DNA of 64,000 bases from a virus. Taxonomy: Duplodnaviria > Heunggongvirae > Uroviricota > Caudoviricetes. This document shows positions 35,498-44,319 of the stretch, one piece after another. Below the pieces are notes generated by a model that saw nothing but the letters and a program-made list of their open reading frames with translations, had not been told where the DNA came from and did not search any database. Within the stretch, counting starts at the first letter, position 1; each line of letters begins with the position of its first letter. The stretch spans positions 105,064-169,063 of IMG/VR virus record IMGVR_UViG_3300009177_000029. One strand, given 5' to 3'. The translations under genes were made by a program, and so were the position numbers.

Positions 35498-35857
35498 ATG
35501 AGTGCCTGGAACGACAGTGGATGCAGCGATGGCCAGGATTTGGACGACTCCGGTTGTTCCGATGGCGAGTCGGAGGACGTGAGCAAGGCCGCAATCGAGG
35601 CCGAGTACAAGAAGACCTTCGAGCGCATCAAGCCCCAGATCTTGGAGTGCTGCAAGATGGCAGAGCAGGCGTACAAGGACGCCGTTCGTCTTGCGGAGGC
35701 TCATGGCGTTCCGTTCAACGCGAACGTCATCGGGCGTCATCACACGTACATTCCTCAGATTCCTGAGGAGAAGCGTGAGGTGGTGAACGCGGTGGCTGGT
35801 ACCTGGATCAACAGTGAGAGTGAAGGCGGCTGGACGAATAGCAGTACAAACTGCTGA
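35498..35857 (+). CDS. tandem paralog 1 (GIPF...GW..S..C family)
   Basis: AEAHGVPFNANV...GGWTNSSTNC; shares layout with next two genes. Confidence 0.4.
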   Translation: MSAWNDSGCSDGQDLDDSGCSDGESEDVSKAAIEAEYKKTFERIKPQILECCKMAEQAYKDAVRLAEAHGVPFNANVIGRHHTYIPQIPEEKREVVNAVAGTWINSESEGGWTNSSTNC

Positions 35858-35866
35858 GGAGGAAAC

Positions 35867-36178
35867 ATGTACGACGAAGATGACGAAGACGATACGGACG
35901 AGAAGACGCCAGAGCAGCAGGAACTGGAAAACAAGTTCCGAGCGACTGTCGAGAAGTACATGCCTGAGATCGAGGAGAAGCTGAGTGCGGCTTCGAAGCT
36001 CATCGACGAGGCATGTGCGATCTCGGAGAAGCACGGAATCCCGTTCCACGGAATCACGAACAACGTCAGTGACACCTATCGTCCGGAGAACATTCCGGAT
36101 GTGAGTGATGACCTCATCGACGAACTGTGCGGCGCGTACGGCGAGTACGAGGGCTGGCAGCACTCGGGGCTTTGCTGA
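35867..36178 (+). CDS. tandem paralog 2
   Basis: TVEKYMPEIEEKL...SEKHGIPFHG...LIDELCGAYGEYEGWQHSGLC. Confidence 0.4.
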   Translation: MYDEDDEDDTDEKTPEQQELENKFRATVEKYMPEIEEKLSAASKLIDEACAISEKHGIPFHGITNNVSDTYRPENIPDVSDDLIDELCGAYGEYEGWQHSGLC

Positions 36179-36180
36179 TC

Positions 36181-36468
36181 ATGGCGGATCAAAAGAGCGT
36201 CGAGGAAGCGTTCCGCAAGACTGTGGAAGAGCACGGTCCGGAGATCGAAGCACAGGTCGAGAAGGCACGGGAAGCCATTCGTGAAGCTGTGAAGCTTTCG
36301 AAGCAGTACGGAATCCCGTTCCGTGGTCCGCCGGGGAACTACAGCGATAGTTACATCCCGGAGTCGATGCCCAAGGACTTGGACACGGATCTGATCGACG
36401 AGCTGACTGGCGCGTACTACGGAGAGTACAGCGACGGTTACCCGGGTTGGCAAACCAGTCACTGCTGA
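36181..36468 (+). CDS. tandem paralog 3
   Basis: TVEEHGPEIEAQV...SKQYGIPFRG...LIDELTGAYYGEYSDGYPGWQTSHC. Confidence 0.4.
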   Translation: MADQKSVEEAFRKTVEEHGPEIEAQVEKAREAIREAVKLSKQYGIPFRGPPGNYSDSYIPESMPKDLDTDLIDELTGAYYGEYSDGYPGWQTSHC

Positions 36469-36478
36469 GGAGACGAAC

Positions 36479-37387
36479 ATGTTGCTCATCGGAAGTCGTG
36501 CACTAGCTATTCGAGCGCCCAAGATCCTTGGCCGCAAGCCTTTGGATTTCGACTTCATTGCCACTGAGGCGGAAGCCAACCAGTGGATCAGTGAAAACGC
36601 GGAGCTTCTCGGCGAGTCTCGTATCTACATGGTCAATCCCCACAAGCTCATTGTGGAAGGATCGGTCCCTGTGGAGTTCGAGCTTATCGAGCCGGATAGT
36701 AGTGCACGGCTTCTGGTGGATGCAGCCGTGGCAGATCCTGCCACGATCGATACGGGCAAGTTCGGACTTGTTCCGAGCTTGAACACGCTGTTTCTCATCA
36801 AGAGTTCGCACAAGTATCTCAAGAACAGCCCACACTTCTGGAAGACGGCTGTGGATTACCACATGATGAAGGCTGCCGGTGCAATCATCGAGCCTCACAT
36901 GATGGACGTGCTCAAGCTGCGTGAGAAGGAAACCTACACGTACAAGCACCCGAAGCTGAATGTCTCGAAGAAGCAGTTCTTCGATGGCGATCAAGTCAAC
37001 TATGTGCATGATCACGACTCGATTCACGAGGCGGTCAAGCACCTGGACAAGCCTGCGTATCGGTACTTCTCTGCCGATGGTGAACAGGTGAAGTCTGACA
37101 AGACCAAGTTCTTCAACTGTTCGCGTGAAGTGCAGTTGTTCTCGGTCTTGGAGGAAAGCTATGTGCTTTCCATCGAGCGCTCGCAAGTGCCACATCCTGG
37201 TGTGATGACGCCAGAAGCGAGTTTTCGATTTGCACTCAGCAAGGTATGTAGTAGCATTGCCTCTGGGTGGTGGCGCGCATACGCCTACGAGAACATGTTC
37301 ACGGTTCTAAACATGTACTCGGAAACATACATGGACAAGTTCCGAGAGGGTCTCGCCAATGGCACCGTCAAACCGCACGTTCGATAA
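36479..37387 (+). CDS. putative Pol-beta-superfamily nucleotidyltransferase-like protein
   Basis: N-terminal LIGSRALAI...DFDFI fits minimal NTase hG[GS]-x(9-16)-DxD pattern; tentative. Confidence 0.3.
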   Translation: MLLIGSRALAIRAPKILGRKPLDFDFIATEAEANQWISENAELLGESRIYMVNPHKLIVEGSVPVEFELIEPDSSARLLVDAAVADPATIDTGKFGLVPSLNTLFLIKSSHKYLKNSPHFWKTAVDYHMMKAAGAIIEPHMMDVLKLREKETYTYKHPKLNVSKKQFFDGDQVNYVHDHDSIHEAVKHLDKPAYRYFSADGEQVKSDKTKFFNCSREVQLFSVLEESYVLSIERSQVPHPGVMTPEASFRFALSKVCSSIASGWWRAYAYENMFTVLNMYSETYMDKFREGLANGTVKPHVR

Positions 37388-37610
37388 CAAGTTCCTCGAC
37401 AACGTTCACTACGTGACGTGGGGAATGAAAGACGCAGCGTGCAAGTCAGCGACGCTTGTGCAATCGTCAGCGTTTCTGTCGTCTGTGACGTGCAAGAAGT
37501 GTCGCAACTCGAAGGTCTTCAAGGAACACACCATCCTCAAAGAAGTAGGCTGCAATGGCAACTTCACGGAGTTCTACGAAGCGCTCAAAGAGCGTGTTGT
37601 CCTAGACTGA
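37359..37610 (+). CDS. hypothetical protein
   Basis: ORF track 83 aa; overlaps previous gene end. Confidence 0.25.
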   Translation: MAPSNRTFDNKFLDNVHYVTWGMKDAACKSATLVQSSAFLSSVTCKKCRNSKVFKEHTILKEVGCNGNFTEFYEALKERVVLD

Positions 37611-37651
37611 ATGCGTGGCAGGGAGCGTAGTACCATGCTAGGCTCCCTGCC

Positions 37652-38461
37652 ATGACTACCTACTTCAACGACCACCTCGACTACGCCAGAGACCCAACAA
37701 ATGGACACTATCTGCTACGCTATCGCGTATGCAAACAGTGTCTTCATACATTTGATCCCGAGCCCGTTGAACCTGCATATCCCAGAGTTCAAAACGCGGA
37801 GACAAAGGCAGAGTATGATCAAGAAATGGTCATGTTCCAGCGCCGTCACGATGTTTGGGAAAAGGACGTTCTAGACCACCTACAAGGGCATCCGCTCATC
37901 AAGTGTGAGCACTGTGCCACTGTAGTGAAGAAAAGTGCCCTCAAAGCTCACCAGAAAACCTTTGGCTGTACGGTCATGCGTAGACAAAGGATCATGGAAG
38001 AGAAGGGCTTCAAGAACATACAAGAAGACTATAGCATCATGTCTTCGGTAGTGAATGTTCTTGCTATCAAGATGCTACATGATACGGCATACAGTAACGA
38101 CCACTTTGATAGCGAAGAGGTACGCGAGCTGATCCATCATGAACGCGACGAAGCCAAGCGCCTGCTGACCCGTCTAGGAGGCATCAGGTTGGCCTATACG
38201 CGGTATAACAAGATCAACCCGAACCTGGATGCGGATGACCCGGCACAGGGCTGGCAGCTCGTTGCATGGGCTCCTGGTGACACGGCGCTCGCACTCAAGG
38301 AAGTCTTCAAGAAATGGCACAGAATCCCATGGAATCAAACGTCGCAAAATCTGGACGTGAAGATGGAGGCGTACTACCGCATGTGGGAGTGGCTCCAATC
38401 CGACGACGATACACGTTTTGCGATGATCGGTCTCTGGGAGCTAGCCGACGCTCCGTTGTAA
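37652..38461 (+). CDS. GLWELA-family paralog with C2HC zinc finger
   Basis: CEHCATVVKKSALKAHQKTFGC + RRQRIMEEKGF; C-term FAMIGLWELADAPL. Confidence 0.45.
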   Translation: MTTYFNDHLDYARDPTNGHYLLRYRVCKQCLHTFDPEPVEPAYPRVQNAETKAEYDQEMVMFQRRHDVWEKDVLDHLQGHPLIKCEHCATVVKKSALKAHQKTFGCTVMRRQRIMEEKGFKNIQEDYSIMSSVVNVLAIKMLHDTAYSNDHFDSEEVRELIHHERDEAKRLLTRLGGIRLAYTRYNKINPNLDADDPAQGWQLVAWAPGDTALALKEVFKKWHRIPWNQTSQNLDVKMEAYYRMWEWLQSDDDTRFAMIGLWELADAPL

Positions 38462-38508
38462 GCGAACCTACACAGGTTAGCTACGACGATGTGCTTGCTC
38501 GTCGCGAA

Positions 38509-38994
38509 ATGTGGGAGCAGATCCTACAGGACATCCCTGTCCTTGTGGGCAAGGTAGACCCGCAGGCACACAAGAAAGGCAATGCTCTCTGTGTGTATTG
38601 TGGTCAGCTCTTCACATTCGGAATGCTTCCGCGCCACGAGAAGTCCTTCGAGTGCATCGCTCGCCGTAATGCGTTTCGAGCCTACGAGGATGGATACGTC
38701 CAGTACCACCGAGGATACAACGCTGGCACTCTGAGCCGCTCTACGTGGGCACAACCCTTTCTCAAGACATACAAGTCTGAGACTGGCAAAGAGCGTTGGG
38801 ACAAGCCACTCATGCTTGTCGAGCGCTATTGGGCACGAGATTGGTGGCTTCCCATAGCCTACATGACTCGTGACCTGTCTGCACCCATCCGACACTTGCA
38901 CATGAAAAATGTGCTAGAGCTGTACGAAGCGGGTGACATGGACGGCATCGACGCACTTGTTGGTGGCATCGAACTTGCTAAGGCTGCACTATGA
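38509..38994 (+). CDS. GLWELA-family paralog with C2HC zinc finger
   Basis: CVYCGQLFTFGMLPRHEKSFEC; C-term LELYEAGDMDGIDALVGGIELAKAAL; start chosen at internal Met. Confidence 0.4.
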   Translation: MWEQILQDIPVLVGKVDPQAHKKGNALCVYCGQLFTFGMLPRHEKSFECIARRNAFRAYEDGYVQYHRGYNAGTLSRSTWAQPFLKTYKSETGKERWDKPLMLVERYWARDWWLPIAYMTRDLSAPIRHLHMKNVLELYEAGDMDGIDALVGGIELAKAAL

Positions 38995-39320
38995 CTGTGC
39001 CATATGTCTCGAATCCAGTACCAATGTGGTTGCAGGAAGCCGGGCGTTTCACCCGTCTCAAGGATCTGAGACTCGTGTCGAATGACCCCAATCCTAACAC
39101 CGCACGGGCACGTGTACGAGACAGATGGATTCAGTTGTATCCATCAAGGGCATTCTATCATCCATTCGCCATTCAGCTCTACAAGATTCTGTCAAAGAAC
39201 ACCTTGTATGTGAATGTTGATACGTTGGAAGAGAAATACTTCACGGCGTTAGAGCGTTGGCACAAAGGTGATCCAGACTTCGACGCGTGGCTCGGAATCA
39301 TGGAGCTAGCCAATGACTGA
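38991..39320 (+). CDS. GLWELA-family paralog
   Basis: C-term ALERWHKGDPDFDAWLGIMELAND. Confidence 0.4.
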   Translation: MTVPYVSNPVPMWLQEAGRFTRLKDLRLVSNDPNPNTARARVRDRWIQLYPSRAFYHPFAIQLYKILSKNTLYVNVDTLEEKYFTALERWHKGDPDFDAWLGIMELAND

Positions 39321-39891
39321 ATCTCGAAGGCTCCGCAAGATGCGTGCCGATGAAGCACGTAGGCGTGAAGAACAGTTCATGCACCAAGGTCTGATGAGGC
39401 CAAATGATTGGGCCGAAGAGTGGATGGCCGTATCAGAGGAAAGGCTTGATCGCCTGGTCAAAGCTGGCCTAGTTCGGCTTGGTCCTAAGCCATACGAACC
39501 AAAGCTTGGCCCTAACGAATGGCGCATAGCGGCTCGTCAGCCTATGTTCGTAGAGCCGATGGCCCTGTCGGTGTACCGACACCTCGAAAAGAAGTACCAA
39601 AACGAATTCAATGGTACAGCCCACGAAAACTTCGAGAAAGAGTTCTTCGACATCATCCAGAAATGGCTGGATGACAAGTCCTGTGAAGACGCTATTCTCG
39701 GAACCCTTGAGCTAGAGGCAGAGAGCTTCGAGAAGCTCGATGTGACTATGCTCCGAGGAATCTCTCCACAACAACAGCGTGCTTCTCTAACTGCACTACA
39801 ACACGTCGAGAACATGCTGTATAAACAAACAATACTGACTGAGGAGGACATGTATGGTCTCGACGCACTCATCGAATCCGATGACCCTTGA
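39313..39891 (+). CDS. hypothetical protein, divergent GLWELA-family-like
   Basis: KWLDDKSCEDAILGTLELEAE segment. Confidence 0.35.
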   Translation: MTESRRLRKMRADEARRREEQFMHQGLMRPNDWAEEWMAVSEERLDRLVKAGLVRLGPKPYEPKLGPNEWRIAARQPMFVEPMALSVYRHLEKKYQNEFNGTAHENFEKEFFDIIQKWLDDKSCEDAILGTLELEAESFEKLDVTMLRGISPQQQRASLTALQHVENMLYKQTILTEEDMYGLDALIESDDP

Positions 39892-40195
39892 CGAAGACGG
39901 ACTACCGGCTCTCATCGAGCCGAAACCTGTGGGATATCGGGAGCCTGCCGGACATGCTCCTCCCGAGCCACCTGCACGGTTCTTCATTGTGTACATACGC
40001 AGTGAAGCTGCCAGTCGCGTCGCACGGGCACCAACGCTTGTCGTGGAAGAGTTCGATCTCCAAGAGGAAGTCGAAGCTCGTGTCATCGAGTTGAACATCC
40101 AGGGCATGACCAACGACGCACCATACGTCTTCTATGGTCACAAGAGTCGTCCGAAGGTCGAAGTCGAGAAACTCTATCGCGTGGAGTACAAGTGA
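39854..40195 (+). CDS. hypothetical protein
   Basis: ORF track 113 aa. Confidence 0.35.
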   Translation: MVSTHSSNPMTLDEDGLPALIEPKPVGYREPAGHAPPEPPARFFIVYIRSEAASRVARAPTLVVEEFDLQEEVEARVIELNIQGMTNDAPYVFYGHKSRPKVEVEKLYRVEYK

Positions 40196-40350
40196 TGCAC
40201 TGGTGTCATGAAGAAACCCTGGCTCTGTTGAGCCTCATTCCGTTCGCAACGTACTACATCGCATGGCTGCGTGTGTGGTGGCACAAGAAGTTCCCCAAGA
40301 AGTGTCCACATCACAATCATGATCAAGAGACTCACAAGGATCAGGAGTGA
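40195..40350 (+). CDS. small membrane protein (51 aa)
   Basis: TGATG overlap; LALLSLIPFATYYIAWLRVWW helix. Confidence 0.3.
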   Translation: MHWCHEETLALLSLIPFATYYIAWLRVWWHKKFPKKCPHHNHDQETHKDQE

Positions 40351-40491
40351 TTCTGGGATCACGCACGATATCAACGTCAGGATCCATGGTTCGATATTAC
40401 CGTGAGCCTGTCAAGGTATGAAACGTGACACCGTGATGATTGTCACATACGATCCGCTGGCTGAGTGCTACAACGCAAACTGAGGTGACCC

Positions 40492-40824
40492 ATGAAGGTG
40501 TTTCTTGTCGAAATGACTGTGACGGTTCCGGTGGTGGCAGAGGACGAGGATGCGGCTGTGATGGTGCTCGCGAACGATCCCGAAATCGTTTCGGACGTCA
40601 TTAATCAGCAGTGTGCTCACTTGGCCGAGGGTGATGACAGCGACGTGATTCTCGTTGCCCATGAGCTTCGTGCCGAAGACATCACTGGTGCCGATGCTGA
40701 CTGGTCGGACGTAGTGCCATTCGGTGACGAGTCCGATGCCACCATCGCAGAACGTCTGCTCGACGAGCCCGAGGAAGAGTCTTCGGACGGCCTGTGGAGC
40801 GAGCCTCAGCACGAAGACGACTGA
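40492..40824 (+). CDS. hypothetical highly acidic protein
   Basis: ORF track 110 aa, D/E-rich; SD gaggtgaccc. Confidence 0.35.
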   Translation: MKVFLVEMTVTVPVVAEDEDAAVMVLANDPEIVSDVINQQCAHLAEGDDSDVILVAHELRAEDITGADADWSDVVPFGDESDATIAERLLDEPEEESSDGLWSEPQHEDD

Positions 40825-41051
40825 TGGCTATCAAACGCCAAGTACAGACCCTAGACAGTACAAACCAAGTAGAATGGTTGTACAGAGATCAAATCTTCCA
40901 GACAGACGAAGAAGCCAGCGTTTGGGTTTCTTTTGTCGTTGGCGCACTGCATGGCAGGAGTGAGTCTGAGGCTTGTCGAATGGCAGACAGACTTCTTGAT
41001 CAGTTTCGAATCCGCAGATACGAAGACACTGACGTTGGGAGGATTCCGTAA
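40824..41051 (+). CDS. hypothetical protein
   Basis: TGATG overlap; internal Met of ORF 40794..41051. Confidence 0.3.
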   Translation: MAIKRQVQTLDSTNQVEWLYRDQIFQTDEEASVWVSFVVGALHGRSESEACRMADRLLDQFRIRRYEDTDVGRIP

Positions 41052-41566
41052 TGGGTCTAATCAAGCAAGATAAGATGGAGTCGGGGCTTACTCCGGAGAA
41101 AATCATGGAGTTGGCGCACAAGGCACGTGCTGCCTGGTCGGGAAAGTTCTCTTCTGAGAAGCAAATCAAGGAGGTTGTGTTCGAGCGACTCAATACAGCT
41201 TTCGAAAGTGTGATTCTCAACACGCTCGGCATCAAGAAGGATACGTGGGACGGTTGGAAGATCGATGAGACCAACGGTCGCCGCACGGAGCTTTCGCGCC
41301 GCATCGCCTCGGAAGCCGAGAAGGTCGTTCCGCTTCTCATGGAGAAGCACAAGAAGCTTTTCACCGAGGACGTGCTGACCAAAGAGCAGGTTCTTGGCCT
41401 CAAGAAATACTACAGCGAACAGGTCATGTACAAGATGCGAGATGCTGTTTGCAAGCTGGCAGACGCCAACGCTGAGGCGATTGCTAGGGAACTCATGGCT
41501 GAGGAGACTGCTATGGTAGAAGACCTTCTCAATCGAGATCTGGGTGGAGAGGAGCTTGCCAAGTGA
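41051..41566 (+). CDS. hypothetical protein
   Basis: ORF track 171 aa. Confidence 0.4.
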   Translation: MGLIKQDKMESGLTPEKIMELAHKARAAWSGKFSSEKQIKEVVFERLNTAFESVILNTLGIKKDTWDGWKIDETNGRRTELSRRIASEAEKVVPLLMEKHKKLFTEDVLTKEQVLGLKKYYSEQVMYKMRDAVCKLADANAEAIARELMAEETAMVEDLLNRDLGGEELAK

Positions 41567-41708
41567 ATCCCGAAGAAGACAAGGACATCGAAAAGCTTCG
41601 AGACGAAGCTTTCTGGGATGATGATGGCGCTCTCGTGTTCGAAGAGGACGACGAGGACGACTACAACGATCGAGCATTGGGCCGCGAATACTGAGAACGA
41701 GGAGCACC

Positions 41709-42635
41709 ATGGTTGAGCTATTCCAGAATCCAAACGTTGCGACCGCTCTAGTTGAGCGACTTCCTTGCGCTTTTGCGCCCAGCGTCGATGGCAAGATGGG
41801 AACGCACTACGCCATGGTGCTCCTCGACAAGAAGGGCAACGTAATCTACGTTGGCTCTGAGTGTGAGCACAAGCACGGCGAAGGTGTCCAGGTTCTCCAC
41901 GAAATGGGTGACCAGGATTCCACGCTGTGTTATGTGGTCACTGCCGCTTTCCGCAAAGCTTTGCGGACGCTACACGATCATCCTGATGCGGTACTCAATG
42001 AGAAGGATCATCGACCGAAGGATGCGAACATCCTCACGGGTCACATGTGGCAAATGTTCTCGAAGGTGTTTTCGGACAGCATCGAGAAGCACAACAAGCA
42101 TGTGTACGAGCGCACGGTCTGTGACTGGTCTCGGCATGACTTTCGCCTTGCTGCATTGCAGCGGACGGTGAATCAAGTGACGGGTTCGTTGCTCGGACTT
42201 CCCAAGACGATCGAGACGGGTAGTTGGCCGGGCAAGGGAACTGTGCTGGGTGCTACCGTCGTCGAACAGGTGGAGTATCCGCTCGTGCTGGACGTCAAGT
42301 ACAGTGAGTGCTACACGATGCACTTCCACAACTGGTCGCGAAGCTTCGCGACTCGTGAGGCTGGCTCGTGGACTGTGGACGAGGACGCAATCAAGTCCTT
42401 CGCCAAGGACAATCACACCACGTTCGAACGTGCTGGTCGCTTCTCGAAGCTGTATGACGAGCGACGCTGCCTGTTCTGTGCGGAAGATTTCCAGCGGATG
42501 AGCAAGCATACTCAGGGAGCACGGCACATCGACCGCGTTCTTGAGATCGCTAAGCTGACGTGCAAGGCTACGAGTCGTATGGGCTTGCAGATGCTCAACA
42601 ATCCCCGAACTCGTTCTGTCTTCATCAAGAGGTAA
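41709..42635 (+). CDS. hypothetical protein
   Basis: ORF track 308 aa; SD gaggagcacc. Confidence 0.4.
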   Translation: MVELFQNPNVATALVERLPCAFAPSVDGKMGTHYAMVLLDKKGNVIYVGSECEHKHGEGVQVLHEMGDQDSTLCYVVTAAFRKALRTLHDHPDAVLNEKDHRPKDANILTGHMWQMFSKVFSDSIEKHNKHVYERTVCDWSRHDFRLAALQRTVNQVTGSLLGLPKTIETGSWPGKGTVLGATVVEQVEYPLVLDVKYSECYTMHFHNWSRSFATREAGSWTVDEDAIKSFAKDNHTTFERAGRFSKLYDERRCLFCAEDFQRMSKHTQGARHIDRVLEIAKLTCKATSRMGLQMLNNPRTRSVFIKR

Positions 42636-42637
42636 TC

Positions 42638-42922
42638 ATGTCCGAAACTCGCTACGGCATCCTACAAGTTCCGGAGAGTCACTGCGGATCGCAGCGGTCT
42701 CCGTTCCATGTCTTCCACGAGCAGAAGAACGACTGTTTCATGGTCGTTCCTGCGCCGCCTGGAATCGACGTGGAGACCTTCATCGAAGCTGGTGAGCCGG
42801 ACTTCACCTTGGAGTTCATCGTCACGATCTGGGCCAAGGACGAAGCCGAGGCACAGAAGCGGAAGGATGAGATCGAAGCGTGGCATCGCCTTGACGGTGC
42901 TACGGGTCCGAGCTATCACTGA
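42638..42922 (+). CDS. hypothetical protein
   Basis: Internal Met of ORF 42560..42922 just after previous stop. Confidence 0.35.
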   Translation: MSETRYGILQVPESHCGSQRSPFHVFHEQKNDCFMVVPAPPGIDVETFIEAGEPDFTLEFIVTIWAKDEAEAQKRKDEIEAWHRLDGATGPSYH

Positions 42923-42925
42923 ACG

Positions 42926-43213
42926 ATGGAAGCCACACTCACCGAGTATCGCGTTCGCTACATCCAGGCAGTCTTCACTGCCAAGCGTTTGTTGGACATG
43001 GCTGACGAAGCGAAAGCTTTGGACATTGCCAGTGACAAACCAAACCAGCCTTCGGCACACGATTGCCTGGTTGCAGCGGCCGAACAGTACACAAAGCGTT
43101 TCGAAGCCATCGCAATCGAAGCGTTCAAGGCGTTTCCTGGTGAGGCGGCCAGGGCATTGGCCTTCGACGCGAGTTCTACGCACCTCTCCGCACCCGAAGA
43201 ACCCAAAGCATGA
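42926..43213 (+). CDS. hypothetical protein
   Basis: ORF track 95 aa. Confidence 0.3.
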   Translation: MEATLTEYRVRYIQAVFTAKRLLDMADEAKALDIASDKPNQPSAHDCLVAAAEQYTKRFEAIAIEAFKAFPGEAARALAFDASSTHLSAPEEPKA

Positions 43214-43497
43214 CTCATACTCCGACTGGTGTCTTGTCATTCGTAGCGACCTACATGGATGAGGCTCGTGAACGAGAGCGACGTGCCACCAGTCTGAGTG
43301 AGACTGAGGCATACCACAGCGCTATCACGATGGCACTAGAAGCGAAGATGCTGAAAGAGAAGGCAGGAATCGAGTTCCTTCTCTGGGCTCTTGCAGCCTT
43401 GGCCATGCCCGCTGAGCCGAATCCATGGCAAGAGCATCTTGCCAAAGAGAAGGCAGAGCGTGAGAAGAAAGAACAAGCAAAGAAGGAGATGAACTGA
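43210..43497 (+). CDS. hypothetical protein
   Basis: ORF track 95 aa, ATGA overlap. Confidence 0.3.
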   Translation: MTHTPTGVLSFVATYMDEARERERRATSLSETEAYHSAITMALEAKMLKEKAGIEFLLWALAALAMPAEPNPWQEHLAKEKAEREKKEQAKKEMN

Positions 43498-43946
43498 TGG
43501 GTGTCCATAAGAAGGTGAGTAGTGCTCGTGGTGTAGCCACTCACAGAGCTTCACAGCCGTCAGGTCAGTGGCTGGACGACTACGGCAATCCTGCTCCGTC
43601 TCCGAACGCTTCGTACTCCGACCAGGAAACGATTCGTGCACTGACGAAGAAGCCACCCGCAGGCAATCCTGACCCGAACAACTACAAGGTTGTCAAGGCC
43701 AAGGAACTTGCAGGACACCTGATTCTGCAACTCAACTACCCAGATTGTACGAACTACGAGGGAAACAAGATTCTCGTGTTCAAGGGCATCACGTTGATCG
43801 ACCTCATCAATCAGCGCAAGATCGACCCACACTTCTTCAAGCACAGTCAGTACAAGTCTCCGATTGCTCGATTCGAGCCAACGGACATGGGCTGGATCAT
43901 GGCAGAAACCTTCGTGACTGCATGGTCAACCGTGAGGACGCGATGA
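43497..43946 (+). CDS. hypothetical protein
   Basis: ORF track 149 aa. Confidence 0.35.
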   Translation: MGVHKKVSSARGVATHRASQPSGQWLDDYGNPAPSPNASYSDQETIRALTKKPPAGNPDPNNYKVVKAKELAGHLILQLNYPDCTNYEGNKILVFKGITLIDLINQRKIDPHFFKHSQYKSPIARFEPTDMGWIMAETFVTAWSTVRTR

Positions 43947-44140
43947 CACCGTTGGAAGCTCTTGAAGAGCGTAAGCGAACTGCACCAGAACAGAAGATCA
44001 ACGCCTGCTTGCCAGCAGGATCACCTATGTACTTCTACTGCAAAATGTGTGGGCACCTTGCAGACAAGTTGCCAGAAAGCTACACCTGGCGTCCAAAGCA
44101 ACTCTGTGCGGACTGTCAGGCACTGAAAGACACACAATGA
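43943..44140 (+). CDS. small zinc-ribbon protein
   Basis: ATGA overlap; CKMCG...CADC. Confidence 0.3.
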   Translation: MTPLEALEERKRTAPEQKINACLPAGSPMYFYCKMCGHLADKLPESYTWRPKQLCADCQALKDTQ

Positions 44141-44319
44141 AGTACACAATCGCAGTCTCTTGTACGGTGACCATCAACGTCGAGACCGACGAGCTAGACG
44201 AGGCGCATGCTATCGCACAGAGCCGTGTCGATGACGCACTGCAAACTCTCATCAACGACCGAACCTTTCCAGGAATCATCCGCGCTGAAACGTGGAATAC
44301 CGAGGAAACTGACGAATGA
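44137..44319 (+). CDS. small hypothetical protein
   Basis: ATGA overlap; 60 aa. Confidence 0.3.
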   Translation: MKYTIAVSCTVTINVETDELDEAHAIAQSRVDDALQTLINDRTFPGIIRAETWNTEETDE

